Shown one piece after another: positions 16,796-26,747 of a stretch of 64,000 nucleotides of DNA. Each line of letters starts with the position of its first letter. The stretch's first letter is position 1. The stretch comes from a virus: IMG/VR virus record IMGVR_UViG_3300027743_000026, positions 8,470 to 72,469 of that record. One strand, written 5' to 3'. The notes beneath the pieces are model-generated. The model made no database searches. It saw only the letters and a list, made by a program, of their open reading frames with translations, and was not told the origin of the DNA. Position numbers and translations under genes: made by a program.

Positions 16796-18938
16796 CCCCG
16801 ATCGTCCTCGACGCAAGCTCCTGTTCGACGTCGAAAGCCGCAGCACCGTCGACGTCACCGACGTCGGCCCCTACATCTACGCCACCCACCCGACCACCGA
16901 GATCCAGTTCTTCACCTACGCCGTCGACGACGGACCGATCCTGATCTGGCGCCCCGGCGATCCAGTGCCGCAGCCATTCATCGACGCCGCCGAGAACCTC
17001 GACACCTGGACCGTCTACGCCCACAACGCCGGCTTCGACCGCCCCATGCACGAGCACATCCTGGTCAAGCGCCACGGCTTCCTGCCGCTGACGCTGGAGC
17101 AGTGGCGCTGCACCATGGCGCAAGGCCTGGCGGCGGCGCTGCCAGGGCGGCTAGAGCGGCTGGCCAAGGTGCTCAACCTGGAGCACCAAAAGGACAAAGC
17201 CGGCAGCCGGCTGATGAAGCAGATGGCGCGGCCGCGCAAACCGCGCAAAGGCGAAGACCCCACAGCCATCCTCTATTTCGACGACGCCGTACGCATGGCC
17301 GGACTCGAGAGCTATGGCGTAGCCGACACCGCCGCCATGCGCGAAGCCCATTACGGCCTGCCGGACCTGATTCCATTTGAACAAAAGGTTTGGTTGCTCG
17401 ATCAGAAGATCAACGGTACCGGGTTCTACCTCGACCAGGAGTTAGCGCTGGCCGCCAACAAGATCGCCGAGGATGCCCACCCGATCATCAACGCCGAGCT
17501 GACGCAGCTCACCAATGGCCAGGTCACCGCCTTCACCCAGGTCGCCAAGCTGACCGAATGGCTGGCGCAATGGGTGCCGGTGGACTCGCTCAACAAGGCC
17601 ACGATCGAGGAGCTGCTCGACCAGGAGCTTCCCGAGCACGTCCGGCGCGCCCTGGAATTACGTCACCTCGGGGCCCAGGCGGCGGTCGCCAAGGTCGACG
17701 CGCTGCTACAGCGCCGCTGCCCCGACGGTCGGGTCAGGGATTGCTTCGTTTACCACGCCGCCGGTACTGGCCGCTGGTCCAGCCGAGGCGCCCAGGTCCA
17801 CAACCTTAAGCGGCCACAGACCGATTTCAGCAAAGACGAGGGCGCCGAGCTGCGGCGTGCCATCGAGATCATCGGCAGCGGCGACCTCGCCCTGGCACGA
17901 GAACATTATGACAACCCGTTATCGGTCATAGGCGACTGCATCCGAGCGATGATCGTCGCGCCGCCAGGACACACCCTGATCGGTGGCGATTTCTCCGGCA
18001 TCGAGGCACGGGTCACCGCCTGGGTTGCTGGCGAGAAGTCCAAGCTCGACATCTTCCGCGACTATGACGAGGGCCGCGGGCCCGACCCGTACGTGATCTT
18101 CGCCGCCTCGGTGTTCAACCGCGACCCGGAGGAGCTGTCCAGGGCCTACAAGGCTGGCGATCCGGTGGCGCGCGAACAGCGCCAGATCGGCAAAGCAGGA
18201 GAACTCGCGTTCGGATTCCAGGGCGGAGTAAAGGCCTACCGCCGGTTCTCTCCGGGCGGAGCGCCGACCGCGACCACAGCATCGCAATCGGCCTGGATGA
18301 AAATGCACGGCGCCTTTGACCGTACCAAGACGCCGCTGGCCGGCACCACGACTGAGTTCACCGACCTCGAAGTCAACCGCATCAAGAACACCTGGCGCCG
18401 TCTGCACCCCAACGTGGTGCGGTTCTGGGACAATATCGACCGCGCCACCTACAAGGCCGTAACCAATCCGGGCTGCACGGTGACCTTCGGCAACCTCGCA
18501 CTGCGCTGCGACGAGAGTCCGATGCTGTGGCTGACGCTGCCGAGCGGACGCTCGCTGGCCTACCCGCATATCCGCAAGACTCGAGCGTTCTTTTTCGAGG
18601 GCAAGATCGTCGAGCACGAGCGCGGCGAAACTTGCGTGCTGTTCAAGGACGCCGCCATGGGACAGTGGCGCGACGTCAAGGTCTATGGCGGCCTGCTCAC
18701 GGAAAACATCGTGCAGGCAGTGGCGCGTGATCTGCTGGCCGAGGCCATGATTCGTGTTGACCGCGCCGGGTTCAAAATCGTCGCCCATGTGCACGACGAG
18801 ATCGTGATCGAAATGCCGAAGGCGCGCGCCGCGGCGGCGGAGGTCACCTTCACCAAGCTGATGTCGCAGTGCCCGCCGTGGGCCAAAGGGTTGCCGATCA
18901 AAGTCGGCTCATGGAGCAATGACCGCTATGTTAAATAA
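16788..18938 (+). CDS. polA: Family A DNA polymerase with 3'-5' exonuclease
   Basis: DVES, AHNAGFD, Y...D exo motifs; DFSGIEAR, RQIGK..ELAFGFQGG and HVHDE pol motifs. Confidence 0.95.
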   Translation: MLSPDRPRRKLLFDVESRSTVDVTDVGPYIYATHPTTEIQFFTYAVDDGPILIWRPGDPVPQPFIDAAENLDTWTVYAHNAGFDRPMHEHILVKRHGFLPLTLEQWRCTMAQGLAAALPGRLERLAKVLNLEHQKDKAGSRLMKQMARPRKPRKGEDPTAILYFDDAVRMAGLESYGVADTAAMREAHYGLPDLIPFEQKVWLLDQKINGTGFYLDQELALAANKIAEDAHPIINAELTQLTNGQVTAFTQVAKLTEWLAQWVPVDSLNKATIEELLDQELPEHVRRALELRHLGAQAAVAKVDALLQRRCPDGRVRDCFVYHAAGTGRWSSRGAQVHNLKRPQTDFSKDEGAELRRAIEIIGSGDLALAREHYDNPLSVIGDCIRAMIVAPPGHTLIGGDFSGIEARVTAWVAGEKSKLDIFRDYDEGRGPDPYVIFAASVFNRDPEELSRAYKAGDPVAREQRQIGKAGELAFGFQGGVKAYRRFSPGGAPTATTASQSAWMKMHGAFDRTKTPLAGTTTEFTDLEVNRIKNTWRRLHPNVVRFWDNIDRATYKAVTNPGCTVTFGNLALRCDESPMLWLTLPSGRSLAYPHIRKTRAFFFEGKIVEHERGETCVLFKDAAMGQWRDVKVYGGLLTENIVQAVARDLLAEAMIRVDRAGFKIVAHVHDEIVIEMPKARAAAAEVTFTKLMSQCPPWAKGLPIKVGSWSNDRYVK

Positions 18939-19173
18939 TCCACTGCGTCACATTCTGATCGAAGATTCTGCCGAGGTTGTCGACTTCATATGCGGCCCGT
19001 TCTTGCTCGAACGTATGGGCAAGAACGACATGGCCGTGATCAACGGCCTGATCGCGTCGATCGCCATCTTGGTTAAAGTTCACTGCGACAAAACCGGCCA
19101 GGACCTGGACGAGACCGTGCAGCTGTTTCACGACAGCCTCGACGCGGCGGTCGACATTGTCGCAAACAAATAA
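18928..19173 (+). CDS. Hypothetical protein
   Basis: Overlaps the polymerase end. Confidence 0.55.
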   Translation: MLNNPLRHILIEDSAEVVDFICGPFLLERMGKNDMAVINGLIASIAILVKVHCDKTGQDLDETVQLFHDSLDAAVDIVANK

Positions 19174-19193
19174 ACATTCGCTTGACAACCCGT

Positions 19194-20390
19194 ATGCCTG
19201 TCGCCAAAGATCGCGCGATGAATAGACTAAAAATATGCGCCGTGTGTGGCGGCAGCTTCTGCTTGTTATCGCGCAAGCTGACATGCTCGGACAAATGCCA
19301 TCGCGAACGCAAACGCATGGCAGATCGCAAATATCGTCGGGGGCCTTATCGTGAGCACAAACGCGCGCAAGACCGCGCCTATCGTGAAGGGCCTATGCGC
19401 GAGCAACTTCTTGCAGGCAAACGCGAATGGGGCGCGGCCAATCGTGAGCGGATTCTGCAGCAGAGACGCGAATATCGTGAAGCCAATCGCGAGCAGATCA
19501 ACGCATCTAAACGTGTGCCTGCAAGATTGCTCGCCTGCGTAGTATGTGGTGGTAGTTTCCAGACTAAAGTCTCGCGAAAACTGACCTGCTCGGCCGCATG
19601 TGCTCGCAAGCGCAAACACACGATCCGCGACGAAGCGCATCGGGACCAGATCATCGCGCAGAAACGTGCATGGAACGCAGCGCATCGTGAGCAAATCAAA
19701 ATATCGAACCGCAGATACGTAGAAGCCAATCGCGAGCAGATCAACGTACGCCGACGTGACTCACGCCATCGTCATCAGGAGTGGGTCAATGCGGTGTTTC
19801 CGCCTCGTCCACCGTGCCCTCGAGTCAACGCAGCCACGCTCAGCCCTCAGCATTATCGGGAATGGGTTAATGCAGTGTTTCCACCTCGGGCAAAAGGAAG
19901 GCGCGGTGGCGAGCGACCGGGAACAGGGCGGCCCAGAAAGGGTGTTACGCTGCCATTGAAAGTCTGCGTGTGCGGCAAAAAGTTTCGGGCTAAGCGAAGC
20001 ACCTGTTCGAGAGCTTGTTACCGTAGCTACGTCTACGTTGCAGGACTGCCGCAGTATCCATTGTCGCAGGAAAGGCGTGGGGGCTGGCGCCCAGGCGGCG
20101 GGCGTCCCCGAACGACCCCGTTGGACTCGCATGTTATGGCGTGGAAGTGGCACGTTGCGGGATTGTCGCCGGTGCCGTCGGCGCAAGGGCGCGGTGGCAA
20201 ACGCCCAGGTGCAGGGCGTCCCCGAATGAACCCGGTCGGATACGAACGCAAGTTCCAAATATCCTACGCAGTCCTGAAGAATCTCGGCATCTCACTGGAA
20301 CATCTGCCGACGCGCTACCAGCAAATGCGCATCGCATATGAATCGCTGAAGCAGCTTGGAGTATTGATACCAGAAGAGAAAGGAAATTAA
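19194..20390 (+). CDS. Repetitive basic DNA-binding protein (zinc ribbons and GGxRPGxGRP repeats)
   Basis: Three CxxC...CSxxC-type units, EANREQIN repeats, three GGxRPGxGRP. Confidence 0.65.
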   Translation: MPVAKDRAMNRLKICAVCGGSFCLLSRKLTCSDKCHRERKRMADRKYRRGPYREHKRAQDRAYREGPMREQLLAGKREWGAANRERILQQRREYREANREQINASKRVPARLLACVVCGGSFQTKVSRKLTCSAACARKRKHTIRDEAHRDQIIAQKRAWNAAHREQIKISNRRYVEANREQINVRRRDSRHRHQEWVNAVFPPRPPCPRVNAATLSPQHYREWVNAVFPPRAKGRRGGERPGTGRPRKGVTLPLKVCVCGKKFRAKRSTCSRACYRSYVYVAGLPQYPLSQERRGGWRPGGGRPRTTPLDSHVMAWKWHVAGLSPVPSAQGRGGKRPGAGRPRMNPVGYERKFQISYAVLKNLGISLEHLPTRYQQMRIAYESLKQLGVLIPEEKGN

Positions 20391-20392
20391 AC

Positions 20393-20917
20393 ATGACGGA
20401 TATCCACCCCAACATTGGCACGCTGGGACAGACACGCTCGACTTGGCGCGATGATAATCATCTACGCGGTTTGCTGCTTCGGTTGGTCATAGAAAATCCG
20501 CAGGCCAATCGCGAGGAGTTGGAAGCACTTTATCTTGACAAGGCCGAGTCAAACTCAACGCTAGTCGAAGAAGCACTTCGCCGCTCCTTTGATAACGACT
20601 ATTGGCAGCTACAAAGGCCAGCGAAACGACGACGTCAGCTACAAAGGCCAGCGAACCGACGACGTCCGCCGACCGAGGCCGAAATTACCGCCGTGGCAGA
20701 GCAGCTCCGAGTCGTCGTGCTGCTGGATCTGGTCCTGCCCAATGGCAAGAAACTACGCGAGTGCTCCGGCCAAGAATGTCGACAGGCAGGTGGTTGGTTA
20801 ACAGCGGTAGCTGACCGTATCGGCAATCGCGGCATTGTCGGCGAGAAACTTAGTGAGGCTGAAGTTGCCGCGCTTTATGCTAATCCGAAGAGCAGAAGGA
20901 AAAAAGGCAAAGACTGA
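20393..20917 (+). CDS. Hypothetical protein
   Basis: SD AAGGA; internal 30-bp duplication (QLQRPA.RRR twice) at about 20606-20666. Confidence 0.7.
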   Translation: MTDIHPNIGTLGQTRSTWRDDNHLRGLLLRLVIENPQANREELEALYLDKAESNSTLVEEALRRSFDNDYWQLQRPAKRRRQLQRPANRRRPPTEAEITAVAEQLRVVVLLDLVLPNGKKLRECSGQECRQAGGWLTAVADRIGNRGIVGEKLSEAEVAALYANPKSRRKKGKD

Positions 20918-20933
20918 CGCGACGAAACAACAG

Positions 20934-20974
20934 AGTCCCACATTCTGATAAACTCAGGGCGTGGGATTTTCTTT
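20934..20974 (+). terminator. Intrinsic terminator
   Basis: agtcccac...gtgggatt followed by a T-run. Confidence 0.55.
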
Positions 20975-20985
20975 TAAAGCAGCAC

Positions 20986-21015
20986 TTGACACCGTCAAAG
21001 TGCGAGGATATTAAA
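20986..21015 (+). promoter_or_regulatory. Sigma70-like promoter
   Basis: TTGACA inside the palindrome TTGAC-acc-GTCAA, then GATATT about 17 bp downstream. Confidence 0.55.
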
Positions 21016-21062
21016 GGCCAGCTTTAAACGACCAGTCACCGTCAAACACAAAGAGAACCGTC

Positions 21063-21272
21063 ATGAAGACCTACCGATTCACCCGCCGGCTCGCCGACGG
21101 CTCGACCTATATCCTCGGCCACGCCGTACAGAACGAGGCCGGCTGGCGCTTCCTCCCCAACGTCGCCTCCCGCAAGCCCAGCCGCAAGGCCCACAAGTCC
21201 TTGGAGAAATGCCTGCCGCGCTGGGTCGGCTATCCCGACCATTGCCAGAGCGAGGTGGTCAGCCGTGGCTGA
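21063..21272 (+). CDS. Hypothetical protein
   Basis: Follows the promoter; high-GC3 codons. Confidence 0.65.
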   Translation: MKTYRFTRRLADGSTYILGHAVQNEAGWRFLPNVASRKPSRKAHKSLEKCLPRWVGYPDHCQSEVVSRG

Positions 21273-21453
21273 TTTCATTTGCCAGTACGGCAACTGCGAA
21301 GAGATCTGTACGCCGATTCTCATCAGCAACAAGGTGACGCTGGAGCGTGCGCGGTTCTGCTGCCGCGAACATGCCGCGCTCTATCTCCTGCGCAACGCCT
21401 CCATGGCAACCTACGACCGTGTGCAGGAACAATTCCGGAAGGATTTCCCGTGA
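21265..21453 (+). CDS. Small Cys-rich protein
   Basis: CQYGNC...FCCREH. Confidence 0.55.
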   Translation: MADFICQYGNCEEICTPILISNKVTLERARFCCREHAALYLLRNASMATYDRVQEQFRKDFP

Positions 21454-21719
21454 GACACGTCGGCACTCCGACATGGCGCCATGACTGCGAGCGCTGCCGC
21501 TTTCTCGGCCAGACGATCGGCGGCGGCCGGCTGCATGATCTCTATGTTTGCGAGCGGATCGGCAGCGACGGCCGCGAGATGTCGCCAAGCGTGATCGCCC
21601 GCTACGGCGACAACGGGCCGGAGTATTATTCCATCGACGCCAACTACGCCCATGCCACCGGTCACGCCGAGCTGTTCGCCGCGGCCTGGCTGTGGCGGGT
21701 CAGCGAGGAGGAGCAATAG
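21450..21719 (+). CDS. Hypothetical protein (W.HDC..C.FLG...DLYVC...VIARYG)
   Basis: GTGA-coupled start. Confidence 0.6.
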   Translation: MRHVGTPTWRHDCERCRFLGQTIGGGRLHDLYVCERIGSDGREMSPSVIARYGDNGPEYYSIDANYAHATGHAELFAAAWLWRVSEEEQ

Positions 21720-21721
21720 CC

Positions 21722-22039
21722 GTGTCCGCCGACATCCCAGCCTGCGACATACGTGCTCCGCGGGCCGGCGAATTCTTTCGGATCAATCCTGATCCAGCCT
21801 TCCACACCGACGTCGCGCTGGTGCACGATCCCGAGGACAACAAGCTGTACAAAATTGCGCCGGAGCTTGTGCCCGAGGCGATGGAGCGCATTCCCGATAA
21901 GGTCAAGCATTGCACTATGTTCTTGGCACAGAACCAGGACGGCGAGATATTCCTCTGGCCGGTCGAGAAACCGGTCCCGGCCGAGCACCCAGTATACCGA
22001 GCAATGACCGAGTGGATTTCAATTCGACTGCAATCATAA
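21722..22039 (+). CDS. Hypothetical protein
   Basis: SD GGAG, GTG start. Confidence 0.6.
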   Translation: MSADIPACDIRAPRAGEFFRINPDPAFHTDVALVHDPEDNKLYKIAPELVPEAMERIPDKVKHCTMFLAQNQDGEIFLWPVEKPVPAEHPVYRAMTEWISIRLQS

Positions 22040-22052
22040 CAGGAGCAAACCT

Positions 22053-23156
22053 ATGTCAGTCGTCACACCAGCGTTCAAGCAATTTGGCGAGCGCAAGCGG
22101 CCAGGGTTCTCGCGTCGTTCGCGCGAAACCAGTGTGGGCGCCAGCGAGATCGGTCAATGTGAGAGGAAGATCGGCTACGAGAAGCACGACGCCGATCAGG
22201 ACGAAGAGTTCATCCGGACCTGGGGCGCGGCACAGCGCGGCATCTCGATCGAGAAAAGTTTTTTCGTCCCGGCGATGAAAAAATTCTACGGCGAGAACTT
22301 CATCGCCGCTGGGTCGAAACAAAAGCGCCTGGTCGACGGCAACCTCTCGGCCACGCCGGACGCGCTGCTGGTCAACCAGCCACGCAATTTGCTCGCCGGC
22401 CTGATGGTGCCTGACATCGGTCCCTCCGGATGCGTGGCGGTGGAATGCAAAACCGTGGACCCGCGCGTGAACCTGTCGAAGCCCAAGCCCGAGCACATCT
22501 TCCAGGTCGTGGTGCAACTGGGATTACTGCGCAAGCTCACGGAGTATCAACCGGACTACGCGCTGTTGTCCTACATCAATGCTTCGTTTCTAGACGACGT
22601 CGTCGAGTTCGTGATCGAGTTCGACGAGGCGGTATTCGCAGAGGCGTACAAGCGCGCCGACAAGATCATCAACGCCACCGCGGCGGCGCAGCTCAAGCCC
22701 GAGGGCTGGATTGCCGGCGGCGGCAGTGAATCCGGCGAGTGCAAATACTGTCCCTACGCTACCGCCTGTAGGGCGCTACGCGGCGACATCCCGCTAGGAA
22801 TAGACAAGCTCGGCTTTAACGACCCGCAGTTCATCGCCGAGGTCACCGACCTGGCATACCAGGAACGCGAGCGTCACGCCGCCGTGAAGGAGGCCGACGC
22901 ACTGCATCGTGAGGCGCAGGAAAAAATAAAGGAGCGGATGCGCGAGAGAAGCTTGCGGACTCTGAAAACTTCCGACATCAATGTGGTCTGGTCGACCGTC
23001 AAAGGCCGACCGTCTTACGACTGGCCAGGCATTCGCGCCGCAGTCGCTGAAGCTGGACTTGACCTTAGCCCTTACGAAACCACAGGCGAGCCTTCGGATC
23101 GCCTGAGCGTCACCGTCACGAAACGCGACCGACTTGTTACCAAGCGTGCGTCCTGA
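22053..23156 (+). CDS. Cas4-like PD-(D/E)XK exonuclease (recombination)
   Basis: C...ATPD...VECK...CKYCPYATAC (four Fe-S-type Cys). Confidence 0.85.
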   Translation: MSVVTPAFKQFGERKRPGFSRRSRETSVGASEIGQCERKIGYEKHDADQDEEFIRTWGAAQRGISIEKSFFVPAMKKFYGENFIAAGSKQKRLVDGNLSATPDALLVNQPRNLLAGLMVPDIGPSGCVAVECKTVDPRVNLSKPKPEHIFQVVVQLGLLRKLTEYQPDYALLSYINASFLDDVVEFVIEFDEAVFAEAYKRADKIINATAAAQLKPEGWIAGGGSESGECKYCPYATACRALRGDIPLGIDKLGFNDPQFIAEVTDLAYQERERHAAVKEADALHREAQEKIKERMRERSLRTLKTSDINVVWSTVKGRPSYDWPGIRAAVAEAGLDLSPYETTGEPSDRLSVTVTKRDRLVTKRAS

Positions 23157-23212
23157 ATCTGTGCATCATTCCGAGGCGCAGATGTCACCGTCAACAGAAG
23201 GAACTTTAAATT

Positions 23213-24079
23213 ATGACTACCAACGGAAACAACGGTAACCTTCCCGCCATCCCCGCCAGCGGCGATCCCTGGTCGGACTATGCCTCCGAGGCCAACGCTC
23301 GCGGCCCGATCCAGGGCCTGCTCCTGCGCTTCACCAAGCACGGCGATTACCGCGCCGGCCAGGATGGTGAGGATGTGCCGGAGGGCACGCGCATGCTGGT
23401 CTACATGCCCGGCCTGCAGCGCGGCTGGGTCAAATGGGAGGACCAGAAGCCGATCCGCCACATCATCGGGCTCGTGGCCGAGGGCTACAAGCCGCCGCCA
23501 CGGTCATCGCTGGGCGACATGGACCAGGCAGAGTGGCCGATGCTCAACGGCCGCCCGATCGATCCCTGGCAGAACACCAACTACGTCACCATGCTGGACG
23601 AAGGCGGGCAAATCTACACGTTCGTCACCGCCTCCAAGGGCGGCCTCTCGGCACTGGGCGAGCTGGTCGACCAGTATGCCAAGCGCCGGCGGATGAAGCC
23701 GGACGAGATTCCGGTGATCGAGCTGCACGCGCGTTCCTACCAGCACAAGGAATACGGCGAGACGTTTGCGCCGCAGCTCAAGGTGACGGGCTGGGCGCAG
23801 ATCCCGGAGAACTTCACCGAGCTGGCCTCGGCGATGGAGCCCGAGGGTGAGGAGGGCGAGGGCGTTCCGTTCCAGCTCTCACCGCCGCCCGCGGCCCAGA
23901 CCGAGGAAGTCTCGGCTCCGGCGCCGCGACCCGCTCCGGCTCCTGGCAAGCGGCCTCCGGGTCGGCCACCGAATGCCACCGCGCCGAAGGCGGCGGCCGC
24001 AGCTGCCGCCCCGGCGCCCAAGGCTGCCGCCGCTCCGCTACAGTCGGTACAGGGAGGCAAGCGGCCAGTGAAATTCTAA
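23213..24079 (+). CDS. Probable ssDNA-binding/annealing protein
   Basis: LLRFTK.G.Y...GWVKW...DPWQ; located between exonuclease and primase; low-complexity tail. Confidence 0.7.
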   Translation: MTTNGNNGNLPAIPASGDPWSDYASEANARGPIQGLLLRFTKHGDYRAGQDGEDVPEGTRMLVYMPGLQRGWVKWEDQKPIRHIIGLVAEGYKPPPRSSLGDMDQAEWPMLNGRPIDPWQNTNYVTMLDEGGQIYTFVTASKGGLSALGELVDQYAKRRRMKPDEIPVIELHARSYQHKEYGETFAPQLKVTGWAQIPENFTELASAMEPEGEEGEGVPFQLSPPPAAQTEEVSAPAPRPAPAPGKRPPGRPPNATAPKAAAAAAAPAPKAAAAPLQSVQGGKRPVKF

Positions 24080-24177
24080 ACAGCCCATAGGCTAAAGCAG
24101 TCGGAGGGCGGCAACTTTTCTGGGCGATTAGTTGCCGCCCTCCTTGTCCCAACTCCTGTATGCGCAGGGGCGGAACA

Positions 24178-26481
24178 ATGGGTATCCCGGCAGATTTCCT
24201 GCTCGAAGCCTTTGCCGGACGCTCACAGGCGCCGGTCTGTATTTTGTGCTTGCCCAATATTCGCGGCGCGTTTCCACCAAGCGAAATCTACACCCGCGAT
24301 CTGGCCGAGGCCGAAGCCTTCGTCAAGGAAAAGGACGGTCCTGGCGCCGCCATTTATTTCGGTGCCAATACTACCTTGCCGGGACGCAAACGCAACAAGG
24401 ACAATGTTGCGGAGATCGTCACGCTGCACGCCGATCTCGATTTCAAGACCATTGCTGCAACGCCAGACATCATCGAACAGGTCCTGCGCGCGCTGCCATT
24501 GCCACCGTCTACGATCGTGGATTCCGGTAACGGATTTCACGGTTACTGGCGCTTTCGCGAGGCGCTGCCGCCGGAGCTGCGGGAGCGGATCGAGGCGGCA
24601 CTGCGGCGCCTGGCCTGGGCATTGGCCGGCGACCCGGCCGTTTGCGAGATCGCCCGCATCATGCGGCTTCCCGGCTCGCACAACACCAAGGACGGCGCCT
24701 GGAAGCCGGTCCTGGTGCGCTGGAATAGCGGGCGGGAGTATTCCTTCGAGGAGCTGGACGAGTGGCTGGGCGGGCTCGAGAGCCCGTTGCTGGCCCGTCT
24801 GGCGCCGCCACCCAAGGCCGGCAATGGCCACGCACGCGCCGGCCTGGCGGGTGCGGATGACACATTCGGGGCCTATGCCGCCGAGATTAAACCGATCCCG
24901 ATCGACGTCGAGAACGAACTCGACGCCATGGAGTTTGGCGGCACGGATGGCAACGGGGTGAACCTGACCCAGCTCCGCGTGATCGGCTCACTCCTACACG
25001 ATGAGACGCCAATCGAGCAGGCGATCGACTACGTGGTCGACGCCACCTGGGCGCGCATCCCCGAGGCCATGGGGTGGAACCGGGCAGCCGAGGTTGCCCA
25101 GCTGCGGGATATGACGGTGCGAACGATCAAGGGCCGCCCCGAGCTGCTTGACCTGCAGGAGAATGTCCCGCGGTGGCTGGCCCAGCGGTTGGGCATAAGA
25201 CAGACGGTAGAACCAGGGAAAGAGCCGCCGCTTAAAGCACTATTCGACGCCGCGACCGCGGCAGGGTCCAAGGCCGAACCAGAATCGGACGGGGAGCCTA
25301 AGCCCGAACCGCCGCCCAAGCCGCCGGGGAAGGGCCCAATTATCCTCAAGCGGTTGTTTCTTGAGGAGCTGCAGATACGGGCGGTGATCGCTCGCAAATG
25401 GGTGGTGGATCAGTTCGTCCTGGCCGGCCAGCTCAACGGCCTGTTCGGCGACGGTGGCGTGGGCAAGGATTATTTGCTGCTGCAGCTGGCGATCGCCATG
25501 ACCTGCGGCGGCCAGTGGCTGGGGCGCGAAGTGTTGCAGGGCCGGGTGATCTATTTCCCGATCGAGGACGACCTCGATGAGGTGCGTCGGCGCGAGAGCA
25601 AGATCACCACGTTCATGGCCTCGAACGGGATCTACGAGCCGCGCGACCGGGAGTTGATGATCGTGCCGATGGTGGGTGAGGACGCCGTGCTCGGGGTCTA
25701 TGACAGCCGCCGCGGCGTGGTGCAGCCGACTGGGGTGTTCGCCGCCATCGAGAAGCTGGTCGCCGAGTTCAAACCCACGCTGGTGATCGTGGGCAACCGG
25801 GTCAATATTTTTTCGGTCAACCAGAACGACGACGCCCACGCGGTGCAGAGTCTGCGGCTGCTTTCGGGCCTGTGCGCCAGGCACGAGACCGCGGTGCTGA
25901 TGCCGGGTCATGTCAGCGTGACGGGTATGAACACCGGCTCGGGCACCTCGGGCTCGGTGCAGTGGTCGAACGGGGTGCGGCTGCGCGGGTACCTGCAGCG
26001 GCCCAAGGACGAGGAAACAGGAGCAGCCGATCCTGACCGGCGCGTGTTGCAGATCATGAAAACCAACTGGGGGCCGCCCGATCAGCAAATCGAATTGAAG
26101 TGGAGCGAAGGGCTGTTCGTTGCTGATGGGTTCAACATCACACCGCCGCAGCCGGAGCCTGGCGAGAGCACGGATCAGATGCGGGCGCGGCAAAAGCTGG
26201 CGATGGAAAGCGACGTCGAAGCCGAGTGCTTGCGGATGATCAACAAGGCGATCGCGATGGGGATCAGAATGAGCCCGCAGCCTCGGAGCAACAACAATCC
26301 AGCGACGATGTTCGCGCGCGATGACCGATTTACCGAGTGCAAATATCGCGGGGAGAAGGGTGCCAAGCAGATGAATCAGGCGATCGGCCGATTGTTCATG
26401 CGCGGGCTGATCCGAGCGCAGAGTTATGGGCCGCCCTCCGATAAAACCAAGGAGATCGTGCTGGGTGAAAAGGATGATTGA
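24178..26481 (+). CDS. Primase-helicase (RepB-type AEP primase plus AAA_25/RepA helicase)
   Basis: DLD, SGNG.HGYW, RIMRLPGS.N.K; Walker A GDGGVGKD; K.NWGP. Confidence 0.9.
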   Translation: MGIPADFLLEAFAGRSQAPVCILCLPNIRGAFPPSEIYTRDLAEAEAFVKEKDGPGAAIYFGANTTLPGRKRNKDNVAEIVTLHADLDFKTIAATPDIIEQVLRALPLPPSTIVDSGNGFHGYWRFREALPPELRERIEAALRRLAWALAGDPAVCEIARIMRLPGSHNTKDGAWKPVLVRWNSGREYSFEELDEWLGGLESPLLARLAPPPKAGNGHARAGLAGADDTFGAYAAEIKPIPIDVENELDAMEFGGTDGNGVNLTQLRVIGSLLHDETPIEQAIDYVVDATWARIPEAMGWNRAAEVAQLRDMTVRTIKGRPELLDLQENVPRWLAQRLGIRQTVEPGKEPPLKALFDAATAAGSKAEPESDGEPKPEPPPKPPGKGPIILKRLFLEELQIRAVIARKWVVDQFVLAGQLNGLFGDGGVGKDYLLLQLAIAMTCGGQWLGREVLQGRVIYFPIEDDLDEVRRRESKITTFMASNGIYEPRDRELMIVPMVGEDAVLGVYDSRRGVVQPTGVFAAIEKLVAEFKPTLVIVGNRVNIFSVNQNDDAHAVQSLRLLSGLCARHETAVLMPGHVSVTGMNTGSGTSGSVQWSNGVRLRGYLQRPKDEETGAADPDRRVLQIMKTNWGPPDQQIELKWSEGLFVADGFNITPPQPEPGESTDQMRARQKLAMESDVEAECLRMINKAIAMGIRMSPQPRSNNNPATMFARDDRFTECKYRGEKGAKQMNQAIGRLFMRGLIRAQSYGPPSDKTKEIVLGEKDD

Positions 26482-26535
26482 GTTGTAACAACCAGAATCC
26501 ACACGAAATAACCGGTTACCTCCAGAAAACATCGG

Positions 26536-26747
26536 ATGCGTGGAGGGTGTGCGCGGAGGCAATAATTAAAAAATGCTGTGGTCTCAAGAGTTTATTTTTC
26601 TTCCACGCATAGCCCTCCACGCATTATGCGTGGAGTTTCGCGTTAAATCCTTATGCGTGGAGGTGAGCATATATCATAAATTGAAAAGCATTGAGATGTG
26701 CTGATAAGATCGATGCCGACGAGGGCTCCACGCATGGCTCCACGCAT
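26536..26747. repeat. Probable replication origin: (C)TCCACGCAT iterons in both orientations with AT-rich spacers
   Basis: Seven copies at 26536, 26602, 26615, 26626, 26653, 26726 and 26738. Confidence 0.75.

Noticed and set aside
22053-23156. CRISPR-associated cas4
   Set aside because: It is a solo Cas4-like nuclease in the usual exonuclease-SSB-primase module; there is no cas1 or array.
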